Origin: Tubulanus polymorphus
Lineage: Eukaryota > Animalia > Nemertea
Reading direction: 5' to 3'
Length of the DNA: 64,000 nt
Assembly: GCF_964204645.1 (NCBI RefSeq)
Contig: NC_134032.1
Coordinates: 15,612,275 to 15,676,274, forward strand
Under the pieces are notes generated by a model. The model searched no databases and was not told where the DNA came from. It saw only the letters and a program-made list of their open reading frames with translations. This document shows positions 1-13,580 of this stretch, in pieces. The position numbers and the translations under genes are program-made. Numbering within the stretch: position 1 is the first letter of the stretch; every line of letters begins with the position of its first letter.

Positions 1-982
1 AGAAAACATATTTCATACAATGACAAGAAATAGGACGAACACGAAATCAGAGTTTATCTAACAGTTTATCTCCAGGACGGATGTGGCTGTGAAATCAGAC
101 AGTTTATCTCTAGGACGGACACGTCTGTTAAATGTTGCCACTGGTTACCTCGAAAAAACCGTTCCCGATATAACAAAATAGTTTCCATAGCAACCAGACG
201 AGGTCAAACAATGCAAATTGAGAGATAATAAGGTAATGGATTCGAGGGGGCAGCAGACTACAGTAGACTCGGCCACCCTACTCGGTACCCGGTTGATATT
301 GCATACACAATTTCTGATCCTTAAAGTAAAAATCCTAAAATTTAAAAAGTCGGTATTCGGTTAATTAATGGTCCAAATAGAACAGAGTTAAGCGGAGTCT
401 GCTGTATCATCATTTTGATATTGATGCCTATGATTTTAGAGAATGTCGATATTTAATGGAACAATACATTTAGCCGATCCAGAAAAATTTTATAAACGTA
501 ATTCTAACCATTTTTTCCTTTTTTTTCATTTAATTTTTTTTTTCATTAGTGGTGAGACGAAAATGACGTCATCGACTCACTACCATCTTACGTCATGAAG
601 GTCAAAAATAGGATAAATGTTCTCATGTATCGCCATGGGAACGTTGGGACCCATAATTGGTGCCACGACCTAAACGTTACTGTTGCCATGGATACCACAA
701 AGAAACTTAAATAAATAGTTTCCATAGCAACCAGGCAATGTTAAACAATGCAAATTTAGAATGGAGAGAAATGAGGCTATGGGTTGGGCAACAACTAGCA
801 GCGCATACAGTAACTAATCGCGATTCAATACAATATTTTTATTCTTATATCTTTACTTTTAGAGAATATCGATATTTTACTAAACGATGCATTGAGCAGA
901 AATCCAGAAAGATCCAGAAATATTTCACCAACGTTATTTTCAATATTTTTTTTTCTTTTTTTTCATTCTAGATGCAATTCAG

Positions 983-1089
983 GGCCCAGTTTCACAAACA
1001 GGTTTAACTCTTAAATCGATTTGATTTCTTCATTAATTCAGTTTATCTTAAATCGATTTAGGCGTTAATCCTTTTTGTGAAACTGGACC
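983..1089. mobile_element. Short non-autonomous DNA transposon (MITE), PIF/Harbinger-like
   Basis: TIRs GGCCCAGTTTCACAAA / TTTGTGAAACTGGACC, flanked by a CAG duplication (980-982, 1090-1092). Confidence 0.7.
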
Positions 1090-1154
1090 CAGGGGTACAA
1101 AATACTAAGTATGGGATGAATAAATAAGCATGGAAGCAGTAAATTTGTACTTAC

Positions 1155-1220
1155 TTTATTGTACGGGCTTGAGGTTGAGGGCCCCGCGCCCCTGGTTTTG
1201 GTTGTGGCTTTTGGCATCTT
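1155..1220 (-). CDS. 66-nt exon of a small basic-peptide gene, (K)MPKATTKTRGAGPSTSSPYNK
   Basis: tttttctag acceptor and gtaagtac donor; paralogous exon and donor on the + strand at 9840-9902. Confidence 0.5.
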
Positions 1221-1287
1221 CTAGAAAAACAAGTAAAAATATTAAATCATTTGAAAATATATCAGTCAGTCTTATTCTGGTTCAGTG

Positions 1288-2432
1288 AACTAATTCTCTA
1301 TATGGTGCATGTAGGGGTCCAGGAACACCACATCCACTAATTCTCTATATGGTGCATGTAGGGGTCCAGGGACACCACATCCACTAATTCTCTATATGGT
1401 GCATGAAGGGGTCCAGGGACACCACATCCACTAATTCTCTATATGGTGCATGTAGGGGTCCAGGAACACCACATCCACTAATTCTCTATATGGTGCATGT
1501 AGGGGTCCAGGGACACCACATGCACTAATTCTCTATATGGTGCATGTAGGGGTGCAGGGACACCACATCCACTAATTCTCTATATGGTGCATGTAGGGGT
1601 CCAGGGACACCACATCCACTAATTCTCTATATGGTGCATGTAGGGGTGCAGGGACACCACATCCACTAATTCTCTATATGGTGCATGTAGGGGTCCAGGG
1701 ACACCACATCCACTAATTCTCTATATGGTGCATGTAGGGGTGCAGGGACACCACATCCACTAATTCTCTATATGGTGCATGTAGGGGTCCAGGGACACCA
1801 CATCCACTAATTCTCTATATGGTGCATGTAGGGGTGCAGGGACACCACATCCACTAATTCTCTATATGGTGCATGTAGGGGTCCAGGGACACCACATCCA
1901 CTAATTCTCTATATGGTGCATGTAGGGGTCCAGGGACACCACATCCACTAATTCTCTATATGGTGCATGTAGGGGTGCAGGGACACCACATCCACTAATT
2001 CTCTATATGGTGCATGTAGGGGTCCAGGGACACCACATCCACTAATTCTCTATATGGTGCATGTAGGGGTCCAGGGACACCACATCCACTAATTCTCTAT
2101 ATGATGCATGTAGGGGTCCAGGGACACCACATCCACTAATTCTCTATATGGTGCATGTAGGGGTCCAGGGACACCACATCCACTAATTCTCTATATGGTG
2201 CATGTAGGGGTCCAGGGACACCACATCCACTAATTCTCTATATGATGCATGTAGGGGTCCAGGGACACCACATCCACTAATTCTCTATATGGTGCATGTA
2301 GGGGTCCAGGGACACCACATCCACTAATTCTCTATATGGTGCATGTAGGGGTCCAGGGACACCACATCCACTAATTCTCTATATGATGCATGTAGGGGTC
2401 CAGGAACACCACATCCACTAATTCTCTATATG
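1288..2432. repeat. 47-bp minisatellite, ~24 copies
   Basis: Unit TAATTCTCTATATGGTGCATGTAGGGGTCCAGGGACACCACATCCAC; starts at 1291 and 1338. Confidence 0.97.
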
Positions 2433-2477
2433 AAACTTGAAGGCAACTGGGATTGCAAATCTTGATATGATGATTGA

Positions 2478-2855
2478 CAAAAACACAAAAACAGTGATCA
2501 AACCCAAAAACAGTGCTCTAACACAAAAACTGCGATCTAACCTAAAAACAGCGTTCTAACCCAAAAACATCGATCTAACCCAAAAACTGTGATCTAACAC
2601 AAAATAGCGATCTAACCTAAAACAGCGATCTAACCCAAAAACAGTGATCTAACCCAAAAACAGCGATCTAACACAAAAACAGTGATCTAACACAAAACAG
2701 CGATCTAACCCAAAAACTGTGATCTAACACAAAAACTGTGATCTAACCCAAACAGCAATCTAACTTAAAAACTGCGATGTAACAAAAAAACTGCGGTCTA
2801 ACCTAAAAACTGCGATCTAACACAAAAACTGCGATCTTACCCAAAAACAGCGATT
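2478..2855. repeat. Degenerate 19-20-bp minisatellite
   Basis: Unit approximately AACCCAAAAACAGCGATCT. Confidence 0.9.
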
Positions 2856-3398
2856 GAAAAGGTGATTTCATATTCACATTTTGATTATCTATAATATCGT
2901 GAAATGATGAATTCATTAATTTGATTCAATTGAATTAATTTTTAAGTCGGCATTTTAGACAAAATGAAAATCAAACATCTCCATCCTAAATTCTTCTTAA
3001 TTTTAATTTTGGTTGAGAAAACCAATTGATTTCAGTGATTTATATCTTCAAATTCCAAATAAGAAAATCAACTCTGCCATTGGGCCGCAATCGAAGTCCG
3101 GATCAATAGTTAATGCCGAGTCAATAGTTAACTATTGCTGGATTTAAAAACAGTCAGTTTGAGGTAGGTTGATGATGTTTTAAGGGCTGAAATGGACGCT
3201 CAATACCTCGGTCTCTAAATAAGGGATGAAAATTAACCTTATATGTGCACTTTCGAGCTAAACTACTATGACACCTAATCATTGTCTACAAGAGCTGTGC
3301 TAAAGTAATCATTTAAAGTCAATCGATCATTTATAGAGGCCTTAGTTTTGAGTTTTTTTACACTACAATTTTTGATCAAATATGTAATATATACTTAC

Positions 3399-3575
3399 GT
3401 CGTAATGTCTGTGAAACGAATGATTCGATCAGCTGACAGCTGGTCATCGTTCAGTAAACCGCACTGACCTCAACCAATCAACACGCGGCTTCATACATTT
3501 AACATTCAAACTACTTGTATGCAAATCACAAACGCGGAAGTAAGTGGACCGGAAGAAAGTGGCGAACGATTCTAC
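3399..3575. promoter_or_regulatory. Putative promoter / first-exon region
   Basis: CCAAT at ~3474, two ETS-type CGGAAG motifs (3535-3555), and a minus-strand donor gtaagtat at 3398 that could splice to the acceptor at 1221. Confidence 0.35.
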
Positions 3576-5324
3576 GGATCAGTCTTCTGAACCGACGGCA
3601 TCACATAAATCAGTTTTCACCTATTCTAAAACCAGTATTAGATTTTATCAGATTTACTATTAATACTTTGGTTAATATGGCTGTCAGTTTTATAAGATAA
3701 ATCAAAATTCAAAGTAAAATGAATATCTCCGTTCATAATTTTTCAGAAATGATTTTTCATCGTAGACTGGTTGCCCGTTCATTCCCGCGCAATGAACATT
3801 GACAGTTAGACTGGTTACCGGGCTCTATCAGGCTACTGAATTGACGACTTCGCACATGGTTGGTTTTCACTAATTCAAATTGTTGAGCTTTGGCAGATTT
3901 ATCTTATTAAGATAATGAAAATTTTGTAGTCAATATGAGAAAATATTTCAGAATCTGATATAAAATGAATATTTCCGTCAACCATATTTCAGTAATGGTT
4001 TTTCAATGTAGACTGGTCGCCTGTCCAATTCTGCGCCACCTGCATTCGCAGTCAGAATAGGACAGGTTTAACCCGTCCGCTATCTTCCGCGGAATATACG
4101 GATCCAATCAGATTTCAGTATTTCATCACGTGAACAATGTAACATGGCCGCCTCCAAAGGGTCTCGATTTACGTTCCATGGACCTCTTAAAAGTCGGTTT
4201 TTACATCAATGGAAGAAAGAAACTCGACCAAAACTATCAGGTAACGCTTCTGTGAGAACCTGTACTGCGTGTGGCCTCGAACATATCGACATACAAGGCA
4301 GTATGTCTCCGTTACAGCACCATCAAAATCTACCCTGCTCAAAGGAACGGTCGTCAATCGACAACAACCGACGAACTTGAGATGGAATAACCAATTTCTA
4401 CTGACTGACTTACTGCAGAACTGAACCTAGCCATGCAGCAGAGGCCACGACACTGGCAATTTGTTTGTTCACTTAAGATGGCTGATTGATTATGCTGAAT
4501 GTGACACTAGATATTAGGAGTCTATCAGTATGGTGAAAATATTAGCCTACGACAGGTAACTTCACTTACTTCACTTCAATGTCTTTTATTAAAACTTGTG
4601 AACAGTAAATGAATACTTATTTACAAATATTCTGTTGATTGTCTATTGTAGTGTGTGTGTTCTGATGTTGATTTTCTGAGATACAACTGAGGTTTTCTTA
4701 AGAATGAGAAGTTATACATATTAAATTGAATGGGCTCAACATGCACAGAATGAATTGTTGTTGTATCACGGTAAGTTTGAAAAACGGATGAAACATGAAT
4801 TGAAAACTCAATCCAGGTTTAATTGTTAGTATATGTATATCGGTTTAATTTCAGAAAGTAACCTCAATCACGAATCAAAGAGATTACTACACGAGCGAGC
4901 ATGCAATTGGAATTGAGATTGGATTTAGGCCTACTTTCTGGTCAAGACTTGGTCTTTGTGATGCTAGTTAAGTTAGAGATATCAGTGTCATTCTGTTGTC
5001 ACACAATTTGCTGTCACAAAATACGTATGTCACCGTCTTGTCAGGCACTCTGTATATTGAATAAGATTTTGTACTAGATAGTGGACAATAAATATAGAAT
5101 TGCCAGTAAAAAAGAGTTTGTCGTGATGGATTTAATACTCAATTTCTAGCAAAAATCATGTATGGTCCATGAGGAGAGGAAAATATTGCAAATATCCAGT
5201 TGATCTGAATAACTGGTCTATCCCAACTTGCTGTCTGTATCATAAGGAATAAATGTAGAGATGCAGCGTTAGATCCAAATATCCGATATCAAAAAAACTG
5301 ACAAGGAGTTCAACTACTGTAAAC

Positions 5325-5697
5325 TTTATTCAGACTTTAGTCATTTTCACATCATCAGAAACACAACAATTGAGTGAGTATATTTTACATATGGTTGACA
5401 AAGAAACCACGTCGCCCTTCAGCCAAGTTCCCTCAGAATGTCTTTCACAGCTGATCCCTTTTTCTTACCTACAAAATTAATAAGTATCAATTCATTAGTG
5501 GCTATTTGAATTCCGAGTAATATCAGCGGATTAATTCGATACTCACAGCAATTAATGCCTTTTCTTCGGTCTTTAAATTTCCGTTTGTTTGCTGATTACA
5601 TTTATGATTCATATATTATCAGCTGATTTACTGTAATCAATCATTCCAGTGCGATTTTGATATTACTCTTAGTTTCGCTTATTCGATGAGACTCCAT
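5325..5697 (-). pseudogene. Two-exon mini-gene or pseudogene ending ...KRKFKDRRKGINC|CKKKGSAVKDILRELG*
   Basis: GT-AG intron 5469-5546, stop at 5419-5421, AATAAA at 5325-5330. The upstream ATG frame has an early TGA. Paralogue at 11188-11477. Confidence 0.35.
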
Positions 5698-7807
5698 TTT
5701 AACCCGGAACTAACTCGATACTGACATGTTTGACATGCGTCGAAAATGTAAAATGGAGGATGGGATCAACCGGTCTCTAACTGAAGGTAGAGACCGGCAA
5801 CCAGTCTATTTTCAGTGTAGACTGATCGTGAGGTGGCTAGACTGGTTACCGGTCTCTATGGGACAGGCAACCAGTCTATGCTCAGACTCACCTACCAGTG
5901 TATGGAATACCTCCACTCCGGCGTTCGATTGCCAGGGCACGGAATCTTGCTCACATTTATACAATTCTTTTCATGCACGCCGCGCTTTATTATGCAGTGA
6001 ACTCTGAAGGTTTAGTTTGGGCTATTCACGCGATCACGCCCCGCCGAAGAGTTATCCCTGCAGACTAACCATCGTAAACCAGAGAAGCGTTCCGGAATCC
6101 ATTTTTGAGGATACATCTTCACGTGTCGGGGTTTGATTGCCTTCCACCGATTCAAGCCAACACGAATCCTGCGGCTAGTGCAGATCACTCTTTGGTCTTC
6201 TGTTCTTCGGCCTCGTCGAACTGAATTCAGTTTGTCCGGATTTCTAATAGTGACGAATGCAAAAAGTGAAGGAAAGGAGGCATCCGAAAACTCCATATAG
6301 ACTCCTGAAGTTAAAGACATAGGGTTCAGTTAATGCCTTTCTACTTGATGTTTCTAGAAGATACGGAAAGGACCAAACTCAATATCCCCACTAAAACAGG
6401 GATGTATTTAATATGGTTTCATCGTTTCATCATTTGAAGTGAACGTAAACAGCTTGAAAACAAAAACTACCACGAAAATATATCTTAAACTAAATTCAAT
6501 TTCAACGCGATTAATTGTTTACATCAATTTCACCCAGCGGCGTTTGTTATCGAACTGTGATTGAGTTTATATTCATTATCAGATCTGAAATAGCTCCCGT
6601 TATAGCTGCACAGAAAAACGAGTCTATCATGATGTTCCAACTACACAACTACTGTGGCATGCGAGTAATAAATTCACTTTTCCGATACATATCGATTAAG
6701 GGGCAGCACTAGACGGTTCAAGATTTTACACAGCGCGGTATGATTCTACTCTGGCAAGCGAGCTATAAGTTAGTTCACAGATTTGCCGCTATTGATTTGT
6801 TTCGGGGCAGCACCTGACGGTTAAGACATTGAAGAGCTCTGTATCTTGCTGTGGCACGCGAGATTCTGGTCTCTGGGTCCAGTTCTACAGTTCAGAGTCG
6901 ATTCATTTTCAATGGGTCGACAGAGAACTAGATCGCTCACAACTTGAAAAGAAGTATATACTAGTTATTGATGAAAAATTCGAAAATTCCCAAAAAATAA
7001 ATTATACAAATTAAGTAGTTCAATGAATTAATTATATATGCAAAATTTTCAATGAATCCCATCACATCTTCACTCTTATCTTTTTCTGATGATCTGGGCT
7101 CAATTGCACAGTGGTGACCTATATAATAATACTGTTCCATCCTATAGCTGTTGGAATCGCTAGTGAAACTTGCTTGTGAACTTATGGTCTCAGATAAGAC
7201 TGGTGATCTTAAATCGAAGACTTGGCACTGCGACCATTTACTGAGGATCTGGTTGTTATAAACTCTCGCATAAAAACAGTCTGAGGAGAAACTTGTATAG
7301 AAGAGGAATTCCACGAAGAAATTTCCACCAGAGAAAGCCGAGAAAACCAAAATATTTTTAAAAAAACTTGACAATGACCAAGTAATATATATATATGACA
7401 AACTAGTTTTATTAGAAGGCTTGTTGGCCTTTAAAGTTGAATCATATGTTTTTTTAGACAAACATCCATATACTAGAAAAATTTTTTTCTAACATGACAA
7501 AGTATAAAAAACATGATCTTTGAATTGTTCAACACTTGTTACAACACTTGTATGAACAGGCTCAAAGTTTTCTGAGCTAAAAACTCTCCATAACTGAATG
7601 TTTCAATAGCACACAAGTTATTCAATTTTTTACAATTTTTGATAAAAAAAAATGATAACATTTGAATTTTGATTTATCCCAGAAATCAAAAATTAACATA
7701 AATTTCTCAATAAAAGGACAATAATGTAGTCACTGTAATTACATTGATTATAATGTTGACGACTTGTGATTAAACCAAATTACGTTATCTGAAGTAAACT
7801 GAATACT

Positions 7808-9208
7808 AATTGAGACTAAAAAATAGAGATGACTTCAATAATGTGACAACTTATCCAAATGATGACTTACACACTTAGTGAATTGAATTAGAAATACAAA
7901 TTGAGACTCAAAAATAGAGATGACTTCAATAATGTGACGACTTATCCAAATGATGACTTACACACTTAGTGAATTGAATTAGAAATACAAATTGAGACTA
8001 AAAAATAGAGATGACTTCAATAATGTGACGACTTATCCAAATGATGACTTACACACTTAGTGAATTGAATTAGAAATACAAATTGAGACTCAAAAATAGA
8101 GATGACTTCAATAATGTGACGACTTATCCAAATGATGACTTACACACTTAGTGAATTGAATTAGAAATACAAATTGAGACTAAAAAATAGAGATGACTTC
8201 AATAATGTGACAACTTATCCAAATGATGACTTACACACTTAGTGAATTGAATTAGAAATACAAATTGAGACTCAAAAATAGAGATGACTTCAATAATGTG
8301 ACAACTTATCCAAATGATGACTTACACACTTAGTGAATTGAATTAGAAATACAAATTGAGACTCAAAAATAGAGATGACTTCAATAATGTGACAACTTAT
8401 CCAAATGATGACTTACACACTTAGTGAATTGAATTTGAAATACAAATTGAGACTCAAAAATAGAGATGACTTCAATAATGTGACAACTTATCCAAATGAT
8501 GACTTACACACTTAGTGAATTGAATTAGAAATACAAATTGAGACTAAAAAATAGAGATGACTTCAATAATGTGACAACTTATCCAAATGATGACTTACAC
8601 ACTTAGTGAATTGAATTAGAAATACAAATTGAGACTCAAAAATAGAGATGACTTCAATAATGTGACAACTTATCCAAATGATGACTTACACACTTAGTGA
8701 ATTGAATTAGAAATACAAATTGAGACTCAAAAATAGAGATGACTTCAATAATGTGACAACTTATCCAAATGATGACTTACACACTTAGTGAATTGAATTA
8801 GAAATACAAATTGAGACTCAAAAATAGAGATGACTTCAATAATGTGACAACTTATCCAAATGATGACTTACACACTTAGTGAATTGAATTAGAAATACAA
8901 ATTGAGACTCAAAAATAGAGATGACTTCAATAATGTGACAACTTATCCAAATGATGACTTACACACTTAGTGAATTGAATTAGAAATACAAATTGAGACT
9001 CAAAAATAGAGATGACTTCAATAATGTGACAACTTATCCAAATGATGACTTACACACTTAGTGAATTGAATTAGAAATACAAATTGAGACTCAAAAATAG
9101 AGATGACTTCAATAATGTGACAACTTATCCAAATGATGACTTACACACTTAGTGAATTGAATTAGAAATACAAATTGAGACTCAAAAATAGAGATGACTT
9201 CAATAATG
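7808..9208. repeat. 91-bp tandem repeat, ~15.4 near-identical copies
   Basis: TGAGACT recurs at 7811, 7902, 7993 and onward. Confidence 0.97.
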
Positions 9209-9839
9209 TTTTTTTTCTATATCTCGTTCGTATGATGATCACCTAGAGTCGAATACAGGAATTCGGAATGGAGAATAAGTGCGCATTAATCATCCAACTC
9301 TTTCTTCCCTTCTCTTTCTTCCCTTCCTTTCTCTTTGTTCCCTTCTCTTTCTTCCCTTCTCTTTCTTGTTTACGTTTCCCTGAAAATACGTTATATATTT
9401 CACATGTATGATTAAAATTGAAAATATAAATGCTGCAATGAAAGATAATGAGAATTGCATAAACATGAAGAATTCATTTCAATCTGAAATAATAAACCTC
9501 TAAAATTAATTTAGGAATTATTTTATGAAACTGATCACTGATTCATAAAAATGTTAATTCTTAATTCAATCTTTCATTATCATTTTTGCCGGTGAGTAAG
9601 TACAAATTTACTGCGTCCATGCTAATTTATTCATACCATGATTAAGGATAGTTGTAAGGAAAGTACTGAACTCTATGACTGACTCATTATAAAATGTATT
9701 TTCAAATGATTTAATAGTTATACTTATTTTTCTAGATGCCAAAAGCAGGTTTCAAGCCAATACAATCACATTAAACCATTCAAGTATGCCAAAGGCAATG
9801 AAAAAAATGCGGGCGCCGGCCCATCCACATTTATGAATT

Positions 9840-9902
9840 ATGCCCAAAGCTCAAAAGAAAACCCGGGGCACGTGCCCATCCACATCAAGCCCGTATGCTG
9901 CT
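9840..9902 (+). CDS. Exon MPKAQKKTRGTCPSTSSPYAA, inverted paralogue of 1155-1220
   Basis: Peptide similarity plus shared donor/intron start gtaagtacacatttactgctttcatgc; additional truncated MPKA starts at 9736, 9786 and 10189. Confidence 0.4.
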
Positions 9903-12389
9903 GTAAGTACACATTTACTGCTTTCATGCTAATTGATTCATACCATGATTAAGGATAGTTGTAAGGAAAGTACTGAACTGTGACACGATATATGAAGGAT
10001 TTTCAATTTATTTGATATGATATTCTTTATTCTTAATCTAATAGTTTTTCTATTATTATCATTATATTATACTCCTATATCTATGAATTGGTTGTCATTG
10101 TATGAATATGTTTTTTCTTTTATAGCGAACACATTGTCTGAAAATATTGTATTTTAAAATGATTTAATAATTTCATTTATTTTTCTAGATGCCTAAAGCT
10201 AAAAAAAGACTTCAAGAAGAACCCCTTATGATAAGGAAAAGCTTCCGGGTGCTCCAAAAATTGTACCAACCAGGCCAGTAGTACATCAGGTGCTCCAGCA
10301 GTGGTACCAACCAGGCCGCTACACCAGGTGCTCCAGCAGTGGTACCACCCAGACCGGTACATCAGGTGATGATTTTGTGAGTCACAACTCGTAGGATGTT
10401 TTAAGAAATTGAAGTAATGCGTATCAAATTAGCTCAACATAAAAGAATAGATTGCAATGCATCAAGGTAAGTTTGAAAAATGGATTCTGAACCATTAATT
10501 TGTAAAGTCAATCCAGGTTTAATTATAAGTGTGATATGTATTTTAATTTCAGAATGATAACATCATGCAGTAATCAAAGAGAATAAAGAATCAGCACTAG
10601 CTGTCATGAAATGAGATTCCAAATAACAGGCGGTGAAACTCCTCGATTCTGATAAACTGATGAGGTTTAAAGAGCTGGATTCTGTGAATAACTGCACTAG
10701 CGAGCCTTCAATTTGAATTGTGATTGAATTATCTGTCTGGTCGAGACATGGTCTTTATGATTCTAAAGACACTATCATTCAAATCAGGGATATCAGGATC
10801 GTCCCAATTTGTCGATGAAAAAAAAACTACTGTTCTATGTCATGAAATACGTAGTGTCATTGCTTATTCTCTTGTCAATTGTTTATTCTCTTGTCAGGGG
10901 CTGAACAAGATTTTGTACCAGACGTGAACAATAAATATTGAATTCAGTGAAAAAGAATTGGTCGTGATGAATTTTATAATCGATTTCTAGCAAAGTCAAC
11001 ATTGACAATGTGTGGTCCATGAGGAGAGAGGATATTGCGAATTTCCAGTGTGATCTGAGTAACTTGTCTTGACCAAGTCTCTTAATTTGACTGTCCCAAC
11101 TTGCTGTCTGTATCAGGAAATCAGTAGGCTGAGGTGGATCCAAATATCTGATCTCACAAAGCACTAAGGAGTTCAGCAATTGTAAACTTTATTCAGATAC
11201 TAAATATAGTCATTTTACAACACTGTATTAAAACATCAATTCACTAAATACATCTCACAAAGGATGTCCTCTGTTCCTTCAGAATGTTCTGTATTCAGTG
11301 ACGGTCGCGGCAGAGCTCACCTCGCATTAGATTTCGATCCTTGTTAGTTTGTATTCCGAGTACCAGGTAAATTATCAGCGGATTTATCTGATACTTACAG
11401 CAATTAATGTCTTTCCGTCCATTGTAAAGGGCAATTTTGATATCGCTCGAAGCTAAGCAAATTCGAAGAGACGCCATCTTAACCAGGAAGTAACTTGCTA
11501 CTTTACATGTTTGACCTTATTTGACATGCATCGAAAATGTAAAATGGAGGATGGGCACAACCGGTCTCTAATTGAAGATAAAGACCGGTAACCAGTCTAA
11601 AGATATAGCTGTTCAAGCAACTTCGGGAGCAGCGATACCGGGCCCCCGGCAACCTGGGCCAAATTCGGTTTTCGTATCTAGTCTGGTCGGAACTAATATC
11701 CGAATGCGCTTGATTTCCGGACTTTAATTCCGACTGACATTCGGTTTCACTAATTCGACTATAGTCGATCGACTTACTCCGAACCGAAGTTGGCCCTGGC
11801 AAGCGAGGATGGCCAATCATTGCGCGTTTATTGAAAATCCGACTCCGTAATTTAGATAACCTATAGTATATAACCTCAATTCCCCATTATTACTGGCGTC
11901 AATCACATTTTGTAATTCACATGAAAAGCGTCCGCTTCATCTGTCTAAGATATTGTGAAGAAAAGGCATGTCACGAGGGAATGAGTGTCGTCTTGCTTAA
12001 AAAAGTGAAGGGCCCAGGATTTTGGGCCAGGGACCAGTGGAGCTTGGATCTTGAACTGTGGAAGTTACTGCAGGGGTCCTGAAACCGTGTCCAAAGAACT
12101 GAGGAACTGTGTGCTGAAAGTGAAATTCTTAAAATCCGGAACCTGAAAAATCCCTTCATCGAAAACAAAACATTTAAGAAATTCAATAATCATTTATTCA
12201 AGAGCCTTTTACAACATTTTTTCACTGAGGTATTTTCACTCGAGTAAGAATTGAAAGTTATCAGAAATGACATTCTTTACAATGTTTTGAGTATTTAACA
12301 AATTCAACTTATGCACAGAAACATATTACTGCTCTGATCAATTGAACATGTCACCTAAAAACAGAAATCCTACTAATTCATGAATTAAA

Positions 12390-13580
12390 ACAATAGTAAC
12401 AACTTGTAACTTACCTAAACCCAAAGTGATTCAGAAGTTAAAACCTATTGATTCAATCTCTGAAACCCAGAGATTAAAACATCAGATTCACACTTCTGAA
12501 TCACCTTAAAAACAGTTCTCGAAAATCTCCAATCAAGTTCAACAATTATGAATTATAACTGTTGAACCTGATCGCAGATTATCATTGGAAAACTTGATTC
12601 AAATTATTAATTTGAATCAAGTTTTTCCACCTTTTAATCAGTTTTAACAGAACACAATAGGAACCACTTGTAACTTACCTAAACCTAAAATGATCCAGAA
12701 GTAAAAACCTATTGATTTAATCTCTGAAACCCAGAGATTAAAACATCAGATTTACACTTGTGAATCACCTTAAAACAGTTCTTAATAATCGTGGATTAAG
12801 TTCAACGGTTATGAATTATAACTGCCGAACTTGATCGCGGATTATCATTGGAAAACTTGATCCAGATTATTAATTTGAATCAAGTTTTTCCACCCTTTAA
12901 TCAGTTTAACAGATTACAATAGGAACCACTTAAACTTACCTAAACCCGAAGTGATTCAGAAGTAAAAACCTATTGATTTAATATCTGAAACCCAGAGATT
13001 AAAACATCAGATTTATACTTGTGAATCACCTTATAACAGTTCTTGTGGATCAAGTTCAACAGTTATGAATTATAACTGTTGAACCTGATCAGAGATTATC
13101 ATTGGAAAACTTGATCCAGATTATTAATTTGAATCAAGTTTTTCCACCTTTTAATCAGTCTTAACAACACAATAGGAACCACTTAAACTTACCTAAACCT
13201 AAAATGATCCAGAAGTAAAAACCTATTGATTCAATCTCTGAAACCCAGAGATTAAAACATCAGATTTATACTTGTGAATCACGACCTTAAAACAGTTCTT
13301 AATAATCGTGGATTAAGTTCAACAGTTATGAATTATAACTGCTGAACTTGATCGCGGATTATCATTGGAAAACTTGATCCAGATTATTAATCTGAATCAA
13401 GTTTTTCCACCCTTTAATCAGTCTTAACTGAACACAATAGGAACCACTTAAACTTACCTAAACCTAAAGTGATCCAGAAGTCAAACCTATTGATTTAAAA
13501 TCTGAAACCCAGAGATTAAAACATCAGATTTACACTTCTGAATCACCTTAAATTCTTAAAAATCTCTGACAGAGTTCAAC
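12390..13580. repeat. ~260-bp diverged tandem repeat (~4.5 copies) with internal palindromes and exon-like cassette
   Basis: ACTTACCTAAACC recurs near 12410, 12674, 12935, 13188 and 13453. Confidence 0.9.

Noticed and set aside
10630-10700. Hammerhead ribozyme core (CTGATGAG...GAAA)
   Set aside because: No stems I-III could be paired around the motif.
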